This document shows positions 12,333 through 23,921 of a stretch of 64,000 nucleotides of DNA, piece by piece; positions within the stretch are counted from its first letter, which is position 1; every line of letters begins with the position of its first letter. The notes under the pieces are model-generated. The model saw only the letters and a list, made by a program, of their open reading frames with translations. It searched no databases and was not told the origin of the DNA. The stretch spans positions 1-64,000 of the forward strand of contig KZ538648.1 in assembly GCA_000934665.2 (NCBI GenBank), given 5' to 3'. The position numbers and the translations under genes are program-made. The DNA comes from Catajapyx aquilonaris. Lineage: Eukaryota.

Positions 12333-12495
12333 CCTCTGTTTGTCCGGGGTGAGTCATCTCAGCTCACATAGGTGGTAGTAGTGTGCAGAGAGGTAGGATG
12401 CGCCATCTGCGACAGAAATATGCAACTATGTGAACTGATGCTGTGGCGCCATCTCTGTGAGGAATATGGTACTACGTGGCGTTTTGCCAAATTCT
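12333..12495 (+). mobile_element. Helitron family E-related short copy
   Basis: CCTCTGTTTGTCCGGGGTGAGTCATC...GTAGTGTGCAGAGAGG..GATGCGCCATCT...TTTTGCCAAATT. The head is shared with 21450 and 63301. Confidence 0.65.
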
Positions 12496-14582
12496 GACTC
12501 TCCGATCACCAAATTAATATCGTTTTAGATTAATAATTGATCTAAAAATGAGGCTTCATCTCGTGCTAACTAACAATGCAGTGGGACTAAAAATGGACCC
12601 TTGATTAGCAACAGTAATTAGCCTGGTGGCGGTGCAACATTAAGAGGCATCACCATAAATAGTCCAGGCTGGTTCAACAATCGAGATCCATTGAAGTTGA
12701 CACCGGCCCTTTAATTATCAAAAATAACATCAAACCCAGTGGGTGATTGCATCTAATTGATTCATAGCCAGCCTCAAATGGTAACATTAGATCCACGCAC
12801 AAAAGTTATTTTTATACGCAATTTGTTAATTTTGCAAAAAAATTTTGCAGATAGCGATTGGAATATTTTTGGGGCCTTCCACTTTTGGGAATTGGCGAGG
12901 GGCATTCAATACTTTTAATGGAGTGGTTAATGAGCTGCAGTGTCCACACACATCCTCATTGAAAATATTGCACCAGTCCCTAACAAACATCAATGTCACT
13001 TGCAAAAAAAAAAGTGCGTTTTAAATATGTTTTTATAAACGGGACGAATATAGGGGTTGAGAGCTCTTCACACACACACAAAAAAAACTGAACACAGCTT
13101 TTTAAAACCCAAGTGTTGTTTTATGCCAGGTTTTTCATACATGTCTCTCTCTATTAGTGCATGGAAACGTGGCCTTAATTAGACTGATAGTGGCGATCCA
13201 CCCCCTAAATTATGAGCATGTGTACAGGAATAACTAGAATCTGAAACAAGCTCCATATCATTATTCGCTACGGGTTAAAAAAAAATCTGCTGGACGTTTA
13301 TCAGCCTGGGAACAAACCTCCAAAAAAAAAATCTGCTAGTTTTTTTTCCCTCCAGCAGCATTGTAAACTCGTATTTATTGCCGCGGACTCTCCCCCCCTC
13401 CCCCCCTCATTCCCCCCCTCTTTTTAGCCCGTCCATTAAGCTTTACAAGTCATGCGCACTTGAGCAAATAATTGCTTCATGAATGTTTTTCACGCTAGAA
13501 AGTAGCCTAACCGACCAAATAAGTTGCTTTCATTGTTAGCGGCAGGGGATGGTCCGCTTTTGACCGTCGCGATTTTTTTTGCGGGGTCTGATATGCAAAA
13601 AATATAATACTGTATTGTGTCAATACATAACAAGTCTAATTTAGCTGAGAAATTAACTGCAAATTAAATCACCACCATTTCTTAAAAACGGTTGATTTTT
13701 CGTCTGAATCATCTTAAATCAAATCGGGGGCATAAACGCAATTAAATCCGCCTCGACTCACATTAAAATCTGATGCACCAAATTTTGGAAGCTGTTTTGG
13801 CCCCATTCTCCATTCCCGCTTTACGATAGCCCCCACAGTAATATCTGCGCGTTGTCCTAATTACGATGCGATAATCTGATTGCAAGATTATTATTTGAGA
13901 ACCGTAGTAGTTAGACATGGCATGATAATCCGGTTTTATGGCGCAATTGCATTAGCGGTAATTCCTGTACTAACAAGCTGAGCAGTAGCGAAGTGCGAAC
14001 AAGTAAAATATGTAATTACTCCCCCCCCACGCTTTTTGCATTACGCCAACACTGGCATTGAGATGTAAATGTTCACTTCGGTCCAAACTGCCCGTTTTGT
14101 TTAATTTTTCATGATGCCATTTTTTTTCGTCCTTTCAATTAATGCATAGAGCTGTGTAGTGCACTTCAATTATTGCAAATTTTCTGTGATTTTCAGCCAT
14201 GGAGATGTCTATGATTGAATGTTTGTGCCCCCGACTCTAAAAGCCTTAAGGGAAATAGCAAACAGTTTTTAAGCCTAAAAAGAGTAATGGTTGCACTTGT
14301 ATTTGCACAGTTAGTTGATGCATTAGCCTGCTTTTTCATATAAAGTATTTATTTGCAAATATTCGAGCCTAATGGGTAAAGTGGAGGAATTGCCAAAAGG
14401 GGACCCCCGGTTTAAAAGAGTAGAGCCAAAGCTTAATGCGACATTTTGTGCCCATTTAATTATTTTATAATGTATTACTTTGCAGGTCAGTTGTTACGTC
14501 AAACGTAATTAAGCAATTGAGACTTCTGATACGTTCTACATGTCAATGCTGCAACGTCCATTAACGATGACATTTTTTGGGT

Positions 14583-14679
14583 GGTTAGGTTAGGTTAGGA
14601 TGGGTTAGGATAGGTTAGGATAGGTTAAGAGAGGTTAGTTTTGGTTTCGTTTGGTTAGAGGTGAGGTTAGGTTAGGTTA
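14583..14679 (+). repeat. Interstitial degenerate (TTAGG)n telomere-type repeat
   Basis: GGTTAGGTTAGGTTAGGATGGGTTAGGATAGG...GTTAGGTTAGGTTAG. Confidence 0.85.
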
Positions 14680-16225
14680 GAGAAACCGGCTTGAAGTCTG
14701 AACATACTGGAGACAACCAGGCCAACAAGTTTCCGTAGATGCGCATCATGGCGCAGAATCCTGAAGGTAATTCCTCTCTCACCATCCCCAGCATCCCCCT
14801 GTGGACCACCCAATTAGCTCCTGAGGCCATCTCCCTCGGGCAAGAGAGATTCATAACAGCCGCGAAACCGATTTACTGCAGCTATCCCCGCGCTTTGCTG
14901 CCTCATTCCGGGCTTGTTGGAATAGGGTGTATTTATCGCAAGTGTTGTGAAGATGGGTTATATGCAATGGAAGGGGGGGGGGGTAGTACTACAGGGGGGT
15001 GAGAAATAAATCATTCCTGTTTTGTAATATTTCGATAACGGGTTGGGGTTGGGGGCAACCGCGCTCACTGAAGCGATAAATCACAAGGAAGGGAGAGGCT
15101 ATGGGGGTATATTCCTCGTCAATAAAACCCTGCCAACGAGGCCTTCCTTGGATTACTTTTTATGTAGTTGTAAAAGCGTGGCATTATTTCATGCAAATAA
15201 ACACCCGGGAAAAAGCAATTTATCACAGTCTTCCTCTCCCCTATACCCAAAACCTTCCAATCTCGGTTAGTTGAGTCCGAGTTGGTGCAAAAGCGGATCG
15301 TCATCGTCGCAATTTGTTAGAAGCAAATGAAAGATAATTTTCGGCGGAGAGAATGATTGCGGAGGCGCCCACGCAAAAAAAAAAATGTGGAAGGGAGGAA
15401 TTTGCTGGATGAAAAATGTGGCAACGTTGCCCTTTGAGGGTACCAGACGATTTGTGTGTTTAAAGAGACGCACTCTGGCCAATTGCATTTTTTTCCACAA
15501 AATAAAGACAGTGAAATTTATGGTAATGAGAGCCACGTTTTGTGCATTACGATTAATTAATCTGAAGGAATATCACTCTCAGTAATTAGCACAATTATGA
15601 CGTTTTAGGATGCCCAGTTGTATAGCCTTCAATGTTTTGACGGGAAACACTGCTGCAATTAATACGTGCACGTGGTCATTGCGGCATTGCATGTTTGTTA
15701 ATTTGGTATGATAATGGCAGCAAAACTGTTAACACGAGTTGTCACTAATAACGATATAATTGCGCAACTTGCACCATAAATTAAACGCTCTTGTTAGTAG
15801 TACGTCCAGTTGTTTTGCTTGGAAACAAACAAGTGGATACAACCTACGACACTTCCATCGTCGTTTAAATGAAATAATTTTGCAAGTGCATCCGATTGCC
15901 CTTGGCACGTACCAGTAGTTGATGAGAACTAATGATATTCCACCGAGATGAAAGTTGGGTTAGCAGGTTGCGTCGATGGGGAGTGACAGGTGGATACCAC
16001 TTTTCAGTCGGTGTTCGACAGGCGTAACGGAAGCTGCATGGCGCCGGACAAATGCCACTCTCTCCATGTGTCTACCCCCCAAAATAGCCCCACGGTGGCA
16101 GTTAGATCTGTTTCCACTCATACTCCACTAAACACACATCCCCATACGCACAATATCCGATCCATATACAGCATCAATATCTGGCTAGAGTTCTCTGAAT
16201 CGACTTTTTCTCATTAAAAAAGGGT

Positions 16226-16436
16226 CTTATACGAATAGAACGGCTGTCCGTCCGTCTGTGGACATGTATCAGGGCCTACACCGCAATAGTTATTATGTTA
16301 AGGTCGAGTCTACATGATTTAGAATTTTTTTAAAGGTTACTTGGCAACAATAAATAAGACTAACAACATTCTATGCCATTGTTGTCTGAATTTCATTGGC
16401 AATGAGAAAAAAAGTCTACTCGAATCACGCTTTGCA
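16226..16436 (+). mobile_element. DINE-1/Helentron-associated-like element, second copy
   Basis: TAGAACGGCTGTCCGTCCGTCTGTGGACATGTATCAGGGCCTA head and GGCAATGAGAAAAAAAGTCTACTCGAATCAC tail match 1970-2285; the middle differs. Confidence 0.6.
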
Positions 16437-18099
16437 AATCTTATTTACATGTTAATGTTTCAATTTTGCCCCCCAATTTTATAGTAGAGGTCAAATGAAC
16501 CTCCGAGCAAATTAAAATCTCTAGGGCTAATCCAAGAGCCCCACTGATGAAAACCTGCCCCCAAACTTTTTATCTCCGATAGCATGTGCAGGAGAGATTG
16601 ATGCCAGCGAGAACTTTTTTTCCTCTCTCTTTTTTATATTCCACGTGCAGACGGATTAGAGAAGAAGTCAATCTAAGTCACACGTCTCTCACACCTATCT
16701 AAAGAAATGAATTAGGGGTGACAAACTCTGTCCGGGTCCTTCTCCCAGTTCCAGATGACGTCTTCATCTCGGTTGAAAAGGGGTCTCTCTCTCTCTCTCT
16801 TTCTTAAGACACCTCCACGTACTTCCGGAATTTTTTTTCCGCCCAAAAATTTTTAGTAGAGAGAGAGAAAAAAATGTCCTGAGGGAGGGTAGTAAGAGAA
16901 GAGCACTCCCATTTGGGTTCTGTGATTGAATCATCCGACTTTTGTGGCTTTCCACCCGACTTCTTCTCCCCCCCCTGCTTCCTTCTCATTTGTGGAATTA
17001 GGCGGCTTTTGCCTCTTCTGCCAACATGCAGATTGAAGTGCCGAGAGAGGGAAAGGGAAAGGCCTCATCAAAATGATGAAGGCTTGTCCATGCGATGAAA
17101 AGAACCCTGGTTGCTTGAAGAAGAAGAAGAAGAAGACGCCCTGAAAGAAAAAAAAAACTGACGAATCGCAGGAGCCGAGAAGCATTTACTCGGAATGTCA
17201 ATATCTAAATACGTACTCTGGCGGGTCGAAAAGAGGATCCGTGACAAGAAGAGAGAAAAAGGTGGAGCTTTCTCCTCCTCCTTTCACATCCAAACCACCC
17301 CACTTTTTTTTAAACCCCTTCCCCAAACCTTGCCATCTTCAATATCCCCACAGGTCCAATCTGCCCCCACCAAAAGTGGAACCTTTCGCTGCAAAATCGG
17401 GCATCAAATCAAGTTTACAACCCCCCTTTTTTTCACGCCTTCTCCCTGAGCTGAATCCGACGAAAATTCCGTCCCAAGGAGAAACGCCATATCTTCTGGC
17501 TTCGGAGATAGGTCGTTTATCCTTGGGACCGGAATTTTTTGTCTGATTTCGTCGGTTTTTATAGATAGGGCAGATGGTGCCTATTAGACTATTAGCCCTA
17601 TTAGCCCTATTAGCGAACAATGTAACAGGCCCAGTAACTCATTCTCTCGTTTAAGAAGAAGAAGAAAAAGATGGAGAAAGAAGCTTGAAAGGTCAGGGCG
17701 GGTTGTGGGCAAGCAGTGACTGGTCTCCAGCATTCCGAGGGGGGCAAACCAAAACAAATGGCTTTTAATATGGGCCCAGAAAATTCCTGGATACGACTCC
17801 GGACGACGGTCTTTTCCGGGGCCCAGGGAAAGAGGGAGAGAGAGAGAAAAAGACATTGCCTTTTTTTCCTCCCCGTTTGCTCTTAAAAGGAGAAGGAAAA
17901 GGAAAAAGAAGAGGAAAAGAAGTAAAGGAAAAAAAGGTCTTTCCCCGCGGGTGATATTTTGCTGCAAGGGACATCTGGTCTCTTGCGAGGACCTTTTATA
18001 CTCGACCCGGATAAAAAAAAGGGGGAAGAATACGGAGCCAGTAATGCCAACCTGACCAGAATATCGAAACTCACTTGCTAATTGATTCTTTTCATCGAA

Positions 18100-18465
18100 T
18101 GTATAGTTAGTATTGTCTCTGTAAAAAAAAAAATCGAGAGAAAACTTCACTTATTTTTTGAGCGAATGTCACCTTGTAAAAATTTACTTTCACTCAAATC
18201 CAGTGGAAAAACAGCTATTAGGTATGTCTAAAAAAAATCGAGCAAAACATTAGCTCAAAAAATGAGAAATTCCGCCAAATGATATTTTTGAGTGAATTTC
18301 ACTCTGCAAAGATTTGCTTTAACTCAAATTGAGTGGAAAAACAGCTATTATTATCTCTAAAAACATTCGAGCAAAACATTCACTCAAAAAAATGAGAAAT
18401 TTCGCCAAATGCTACGTTTGAATTAATTTCACTCTGCAAACTCAAATTGAGTGGAAAAGCACTCG
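18100..18465. repeat. Tandem repeat, unit about 130 bp, roughly 2.5-3 copies
   Basis: GTGGAAAAACAGCTATTA at 18203 and 18333. TCGAGCAAAACATT..CTCAAAAAATGAGAAAT..CGCCAAATG repeats with the same spacing. Confidence 0.8.
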
Positions 18466-19374
18466 AATTTAAAAAAAGAGTGTACCAAGATTGTATAATT
18501 AGGAGCATTAAAAATTCAAGTGTTTGCTCTACTTTACAATGTTCATGACCTGGTTTTCACTCTAGATTTTCGCAAACGACATTAGCGCCAATGACAAATG
18601 AGGGGGCAGGTTAGTAGTGTCGTAACTGGAGGAAGATTGATCAACCCTGAACTATTTATATACCCGGAATACTATCAGGGAATAATACAGGGTGGCACAA
18701 CAATACATAACACTGTTTAGAAATGAAGGTCTTGGGAGAGAAACATGTTAACCGACTATGTTTTTTCTCCCGATTCTATTGAGCTGACAGAAAAAAATAT
18801 GTCTGAACAGTCACGAGATCTGAAGCGAAACCATAAATTCAGTTTGGCACGATAAAATCCTACCGCAATTTTTCCCTTATTGCGAATTTTCCTCGCTTGA
18901 TCCTCTTTTGTAATTGGAATACGAACAGGATTTTTTCCTTATAAGATAATGGACAGGTAGTTGAATTCGCATCAATCGCTAAAAAAAATTAGAGCGTTGA
19001 GTGTTTTTTTTTTTGCTGAATCACATACAAAAAAAAATCTGCAAGCAAAGCTCTGCAGTCTCATTCCGCATCACCGCAGCGTCCAGGTGCGGTCTGGTCC
19101 TTTTAATTTATTTCGGATTAGCTCGTATCTGTTTCTGAACGATTTGGACCCACAAAATCCCCTCCTCCACCCCCCTTTTCCCCTATCCCGTAACATTTCT
19201 CCTAAAAGTTTAGATATTATTTCTTGGCCAGAAGCTATCAACAAAAGTGGCGAAAAGTTTCCGAACTTATTTTTTTTAGCTGGTGACTAATGGCTCTCTT
19301 GGTGATGTCATGTAGACATTACAGAAACGCGGATAAAGTGTAGCAATTAAAATAACTACTCATCAATAAAAGTA

Positions 19375-19770
19375 GATGAATTTTTAACGAACGAGTGCGC
19401 ACCACAGTTCGCGCACCGTGTAGGGTTGGAATTAATAATAATAATAATTTGTACCCCGTGCCATAGGCCCTCTTAGGGGGGTGGGATACCACCACATTTT
19501 TTTCTGGAACTCTTACTTTCGTTTTTACTTCTCTTATATGGGGATGGGATAGGGACGAAAGGAAGCGGCTGTGGCCTATAATTACGGACACAACCCCGGA
19601 ATTTTCCTGGTGAGACCATGGAAAACCACAGGGTCGGCGGCCCCCGGGATTCGAACCCAGGACCTCCCGATTAGCAGTCGGATACCATATCCCCTCCGCT
19701 ACCACTGCTTCGGTTGTAGGGTTGGAATTATCAATGATCGTGGTTACTGCCCTTATTTCCAACGCTACTC
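19375..19770 (+). mobile_element. MITE family A copy hosting SINE copy 1
   Basis: TA|GATGAATTTTTAACGAACGAGTGCGCACCACAGTTCGCGCAC, then the SINE, then family A resumes with TCAATGAT...CTTATTTCCAACGCTAC. Confidence 0.85.
19435..19714 (-). mobile_element. tRNA-derived SINE, copy 1 (full length), perfect 16-bp TSD
   Basis: Minus strand has A-box-like TAGCGGAGGGG, anticodon-like stem-loop TCCGA-CTGCTAA-TCGGG, B-box GGTTCGAATCC, a body shared with copy 2, and an (ATT)n tail. TSD TGTAGGGTTGGAATTA at 19419-19434 and 19715-19730. Confidence 0.92.
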
Positions 19771-20872
19771 TTAAAGTGGCAGTATAGTTTGCACCTTTAA
19801 TTGCCCGTGTCTTCTTTTTTTTTCTCACGTCGTTTTGGGCAACAGCCACTTAAGAGGACACCCTCCCAAGAGTGGTCTCCTGGAAAATTCTCAGACCTCA
19901 AGCTTTACCCCTGCATCTCACGCACACTTTCTTCTTCTTCCACATCCCCCACCCCCTTTCTTCCACCCCCACCCACCAGACACTCCAACCCATCCCATTG
20001 CAATAAAAATCCGAGTCGAGAGCTGCGGTGCGGAAAACACAAACATCCGATCTAATTAAATAGTTCCAACGCCTGGAGAGGGGGAGGTCTAGAGATGGAG
20101 GAGGAGAGAAAAAAAAGAGAACGTAATCTCCTTTTTTCAAAGAGTTCCAGATATAAAAAAAGAGAGGAAAGAAGAGTGGTACAACTGAAAAACGAAACAC
20201 AAGCCGAAAAAAGGAATTGGCCAGTAAGGAATATGCTTGGGTTTTCTTCTGATACTTCCCCCGCATATTTCTTTTTTTAAATACTCGTGGGACGAATTGG
20301 ATCTTCGTTTCGGGTTTTTTTTTGGGTGCATTTGCCAAATAGAAATAACTCCTATGCGCAATTCGGATGGAATTGCACTTTTTTTTATAAAAAAAATTAC
20401 TGGCGTGTAATTTTCTGTAATGGACGACCTTGTGTTTTGGGTGGGAAATAAATTCGATACAAATTCACTGCCTAATATTTACAAAGTTGTAAATATTAGG
20501 CAGTGAATTTGTATGGCTTATTAGTTCTAATAAGCCATACGTTGCTACAAAATAAGCTCAATTTGATATTACTGCTACAGTGTTGTAAGTATGTAGTAAA
20601 ATTTGGCCACCACTTTCGACAGCTGCTTTCAGCTCCCATTTGACTCGGACAAAAATAATGTCGCGTCAGTAGTTGGATAGATTTCGACGTAAGAAGATGG
20701 GGGCCAAGACGTGTACTGCATACATTGCCATTGCCACGTAAGTTATGATAATTACACATGCTTCATTGTTGGCAAAAGTTCCTGCATGTTCAGACAGTAA
20801 TACTTTAGAGCAGCACTTTAGCGACCGAAATTATGCAAGTCCGGTCCAACAATTCGAAGGGGGGGGGGGGGG

Positions 20873-21096
20873 NNNNNNNNNNNNNNNNNNNNNNNNNNNN
20901 NNNNNNNNNNNNNNNNNNNNNNNNNNNNNNNNNNNNNNNNNNNNNNNNNNNNNNNNNNNNNNNNNNNNNNNNNNNNNNNNNNNNNNNNNNNNNNNNNNNN
21001 NNNNNNNNNNNNNNNNNNNNNNNNNNNNNNNNNNNNNNNNNNNNNNNNNNNNNNNNNNNNNNNNNNNNNNNNNNNNNNNNNNNNNNNNNNNNNNNN
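20873..21096. other. Assembly gap (N run) flanked by poly-G
   Basis: Run of N with G homopolymers on both sides. Confidence 1.
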
Positions 21097-21449
21097 GGGG
21101 GGGGGGGGGTTAGAAGTAAGGGAGATGGGGGAGGGGGGCAAAAGAATGTGTCGGGGGATTCTTTAGTGCGGTGTTGGTGCCCCCGGACTCAAACTCTACC
21201 CTTTTCCGCACCTTGTTAAGTTTCAGGAGTACCTTCAGATTGAGAACATGGGCATTCCCTTTCCCTCCCCTAGTTTTGCCAGAAAGAAAAAAGAAGGGTT
21301 AAAGTGGAGAAAGGGGAAGGAGGAAGAGAATAACAGGCCACGAGATGAATCTCATATTTTTTCTTTGGAAGCCATCTTTGCTGGGGGCTCCTCCATTTCC
21401 ACTTTCAAGTGCCCCTGTGTCCGTTTATGTACAGGGTGTGTCCGAGGGT

Positions 21450-21550
21450 TCCTCTGTTTGTCCGGGGTGAGTCATCATCAGGTGCACGACCCTGAGAGTG
21501 GCAGTGTACGTCATCTATGATCATGTCACTTACGACAGTAGGCGCCACGA
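21450..21550 (+). mobile_element. Helitron family E-related short copy
   Basis: TCCTCTGTTTGTCCGGGGTGAGTCATCATCAGGTGCAC..GAGAGTGGCAGTG, matching 12333 and 63301. Confidence 0.6.
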
Positions 21551-21844
21551 CTTTAACCCTGGTAAGCTTGTCCGACTTAATGAAACACCCTGTGCACTAC
21601 CACCCTCTTCCTCCTTCCCCTACTTCCTTAGTGCAAATAGTAGGGGTGGAGGAGAAGGGGGAAGAAGAAGCCTCTTCAAAATGGAGGGAACATGAAAACT
21701 GCATTATACAATCCAAGACAATGCTCTTAGGCCCCCGAATGAGTTATCGCCCTCACAAAGCTCAAGATGTTAACGCGTATGCAGGCTTGGAGAAGGTAAC
21801 CATGGTGTTATGCAAAAAAAAAGAAGTCAAGGCCTCTATATTAA

Positions 21845-22050
21845 TTTTTTTAAATGGGCGCAACCGAGTGCGCAACACAGTTCGCGCAAATTGTTTCCAA
21901 CATTAAGCTAGAGGGTGTTACAATATGGCGGAATTTTTCGACGTTGCCAAGGCACTGAGGCTACCATGAGAAGTAAGCGTTGTCGGAACAATGGGCTTGC
22001 GCGAATGTGGGTGCGCACTCGGTTGCGTTCGTTACAAAAAAAAAATCATA
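21845..22050 (+). mobile_element. MITE family A, short subfamily (A2), both TIRs present
   Basis: GCGCAACCGAGTGCGCAACACAGTTCGCGCA ... TGCGCGAATGTGGGTGCGCACTCGGTTGCGT. The interior is collinear with 57947-58146 and lacks the GGTTGGAATTA segment. Confidence 0.85.
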
Positions 22051-23595
22051 TGTAGTAACAAGGAGAATCACATCATGTAATCCTGTAATACTGAAATAAT
22101 TTTGTCTGTTGAATTAAAATGCACTGTACTGCTTCACTTGAAAGGCCTGCTGTCATTGAGCGATATGAAGTACTGGAATGTACAGTACTTGTTTTTTTCA
22201 GTTTCCCTCGCTTCCGATAATAACATTCTTTGCCAATTTTTCGCAACAAGTACACTGTACAACCTTGGCGCAATCATCCTCCAATATTGTTACAGTTGAT
22301 AGCCTATATGTCCACTATAATTGTGTTTAAAATTCCACGCCAATTTTGGCAAAAATAAATCAGCGCAATGCAAACCCAATTGTGACTTTGGCCACATCCG
22401 AATATCTCATCCCCTCGAAAATAAGGTATACCCCGGAATATGTTTGCTGCCTTTTCCACCCTCACAAAGGGATTCACCAGGATCGAGAGGCTTGAGCGCA
22501 TGAAGATGAAGTTTTTTGCATTGAGATAAGTTTATTACCTCCCCCCCCCCCNCCCCCCCTTATACTATGCGGGTATAAGCCTCGATGCACTTCTGCATAT
22601 AGCTCCAAACCTTTCTTGTATTATTATTGCCCGCTCAGTATTTCCAACTCCGGTTTTTTTATATACTTTTTTCGAGGAGAGTCCCCCTCCCAACTTTTTT
22701 CCACCCACTCCCCCCCTTTTAGAAAAATGACATACATTCTGATCATACGGATTACAGCCTGTGTAAGAGCACAATAAATTATGCGGCCGTAATAAAATCG
22801 GACGTTTTTCGTGCTTCTTTTCTGGACTGTGACGGTACGCGCCATTGGTTCTGAAAGTTCCTCTTCCCCCACCCCTCCCACCCTCACCTCCATCTTCTTA
22901 TATATATATAACTGCATGCAGCACCTTGGAGGGCCCGAAATTCATTTTGTTATACCTGGAAAAAAAAAAAAGAATTATTGTCTGTCGAGAGACACTTTTT
23001 TTTTCTCTCCCTATATTCGCCTTTAAAAAAGGGCGTAGTTAAAATGAGCCAAGTGTAAGAAGAGATAAATTTTTGCAGCCAGAAATTGTATCTGGAGCAA
23101 GTGATAACTGGGAATATCGTCCTCCGGATTCGGGGGGAGGGGGTGTAATGATTATGTGTCACTTTTAGTCGGTTCGTTGAAAGCTGGGCGAGAGAGTTGC
23201 TCTCGGGATGATACAAAAGGGGCTGCGCACTGACAGGCGTCAAAAAAGTTCGAAAGTTGTCGGTTTTTGGACAGTGCTTCTGATACATTGTTGCTTTCAG
23301 TAGTAAATTTTAAGAAGAGTAACAATAATGCCAAAGGCTCAAAGTGTGCCAGAAAATTAGAAATTGAGATTCTGCTTTCAAAATGCTTTATATGTGCCAT
23401 GCTTAGTCACGTGCAGGATGCTCAAAGTGCCTGCCTGGTACTGAAGGTATCCCACAGATGGCTCCGGCTATATGTGCGCATGGTCTTCCCATTTAAAATA
23501 AACTCAATTATCTTCCTTCACAAATTTTTAGCACTTTGAGCCTTTGTCATTTCCACTCTTGTATCATTTATTTGTTTATTTATTTATTTATTGTA

Positions 23596-23915
23596 TCATT
23601 GATAATTCCAACAGTGCACCGAAGCAGTGGTGGCGGAGGGGATATGGTGTCCGACTGCTAATCCTGGATTCGAATCCCGGTGCCGGCAACTCTAACCGTG
23701 GTTTTCTGTGGTTTCCCACGGTTCCTCCAGGAGAATTCCGGAGTTGTTCCCTAAGCTAATAGGCCACAGCCGCCTCCTTCCTTCCCTATCCTATCCCAAA
23801 AAGCGCAGTAAAAACGAAACGAAGAGTTCCAGTCACAAAAATCCCCCCTAAAGAGCCGCCGGCTGATAACAGGGTATGAATTATTATAATTCCAACCGTG
23901 CATGCTGCGCGAACT
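23596..23915 (-). mobile_element. MITE family A fragment hosting SINE copy 2
   Basis: Flanks TCATTGATAATTCCAAC... and ...CCAACCGTGCATGCTGCGCGAACT are the reverse complement of family A AGTTCGCGCAGCATGCACGGTTGGAATTATCAATGA. Confidence 0.8.
23618..23886 (+). mobile_element. tRNA-derived SINE, copy 2, 16-bp TSD with one mismatch
   Basis: ACCGAAGCAGTGGTGGCGGAGGGGATATGGTGTCCGACTGCTAATC[8-nt deletion]CTGGATTCGAATCCCGG, body ...AGGCCACAGCCGCCTCCTTCC..., tail AATTATTA. TSD TAATTCCAAC(A/C)GTGCA at 23603-23618 and 23887-23902. Confidence 0.9.
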
Positions 23916-23921
23916 CATCTA

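Noticed and set aside
19630..19714. Functional tRNA-Ser gene
   Set aside because: No convincing acceptor stem, no long variable arm, and it continues into a SINE body with a tail and TSD.
20859..21140. Long G tracts as G-quadruplex elements
   Set aside because: They border an N gap, so their length and sequence are unreliable.
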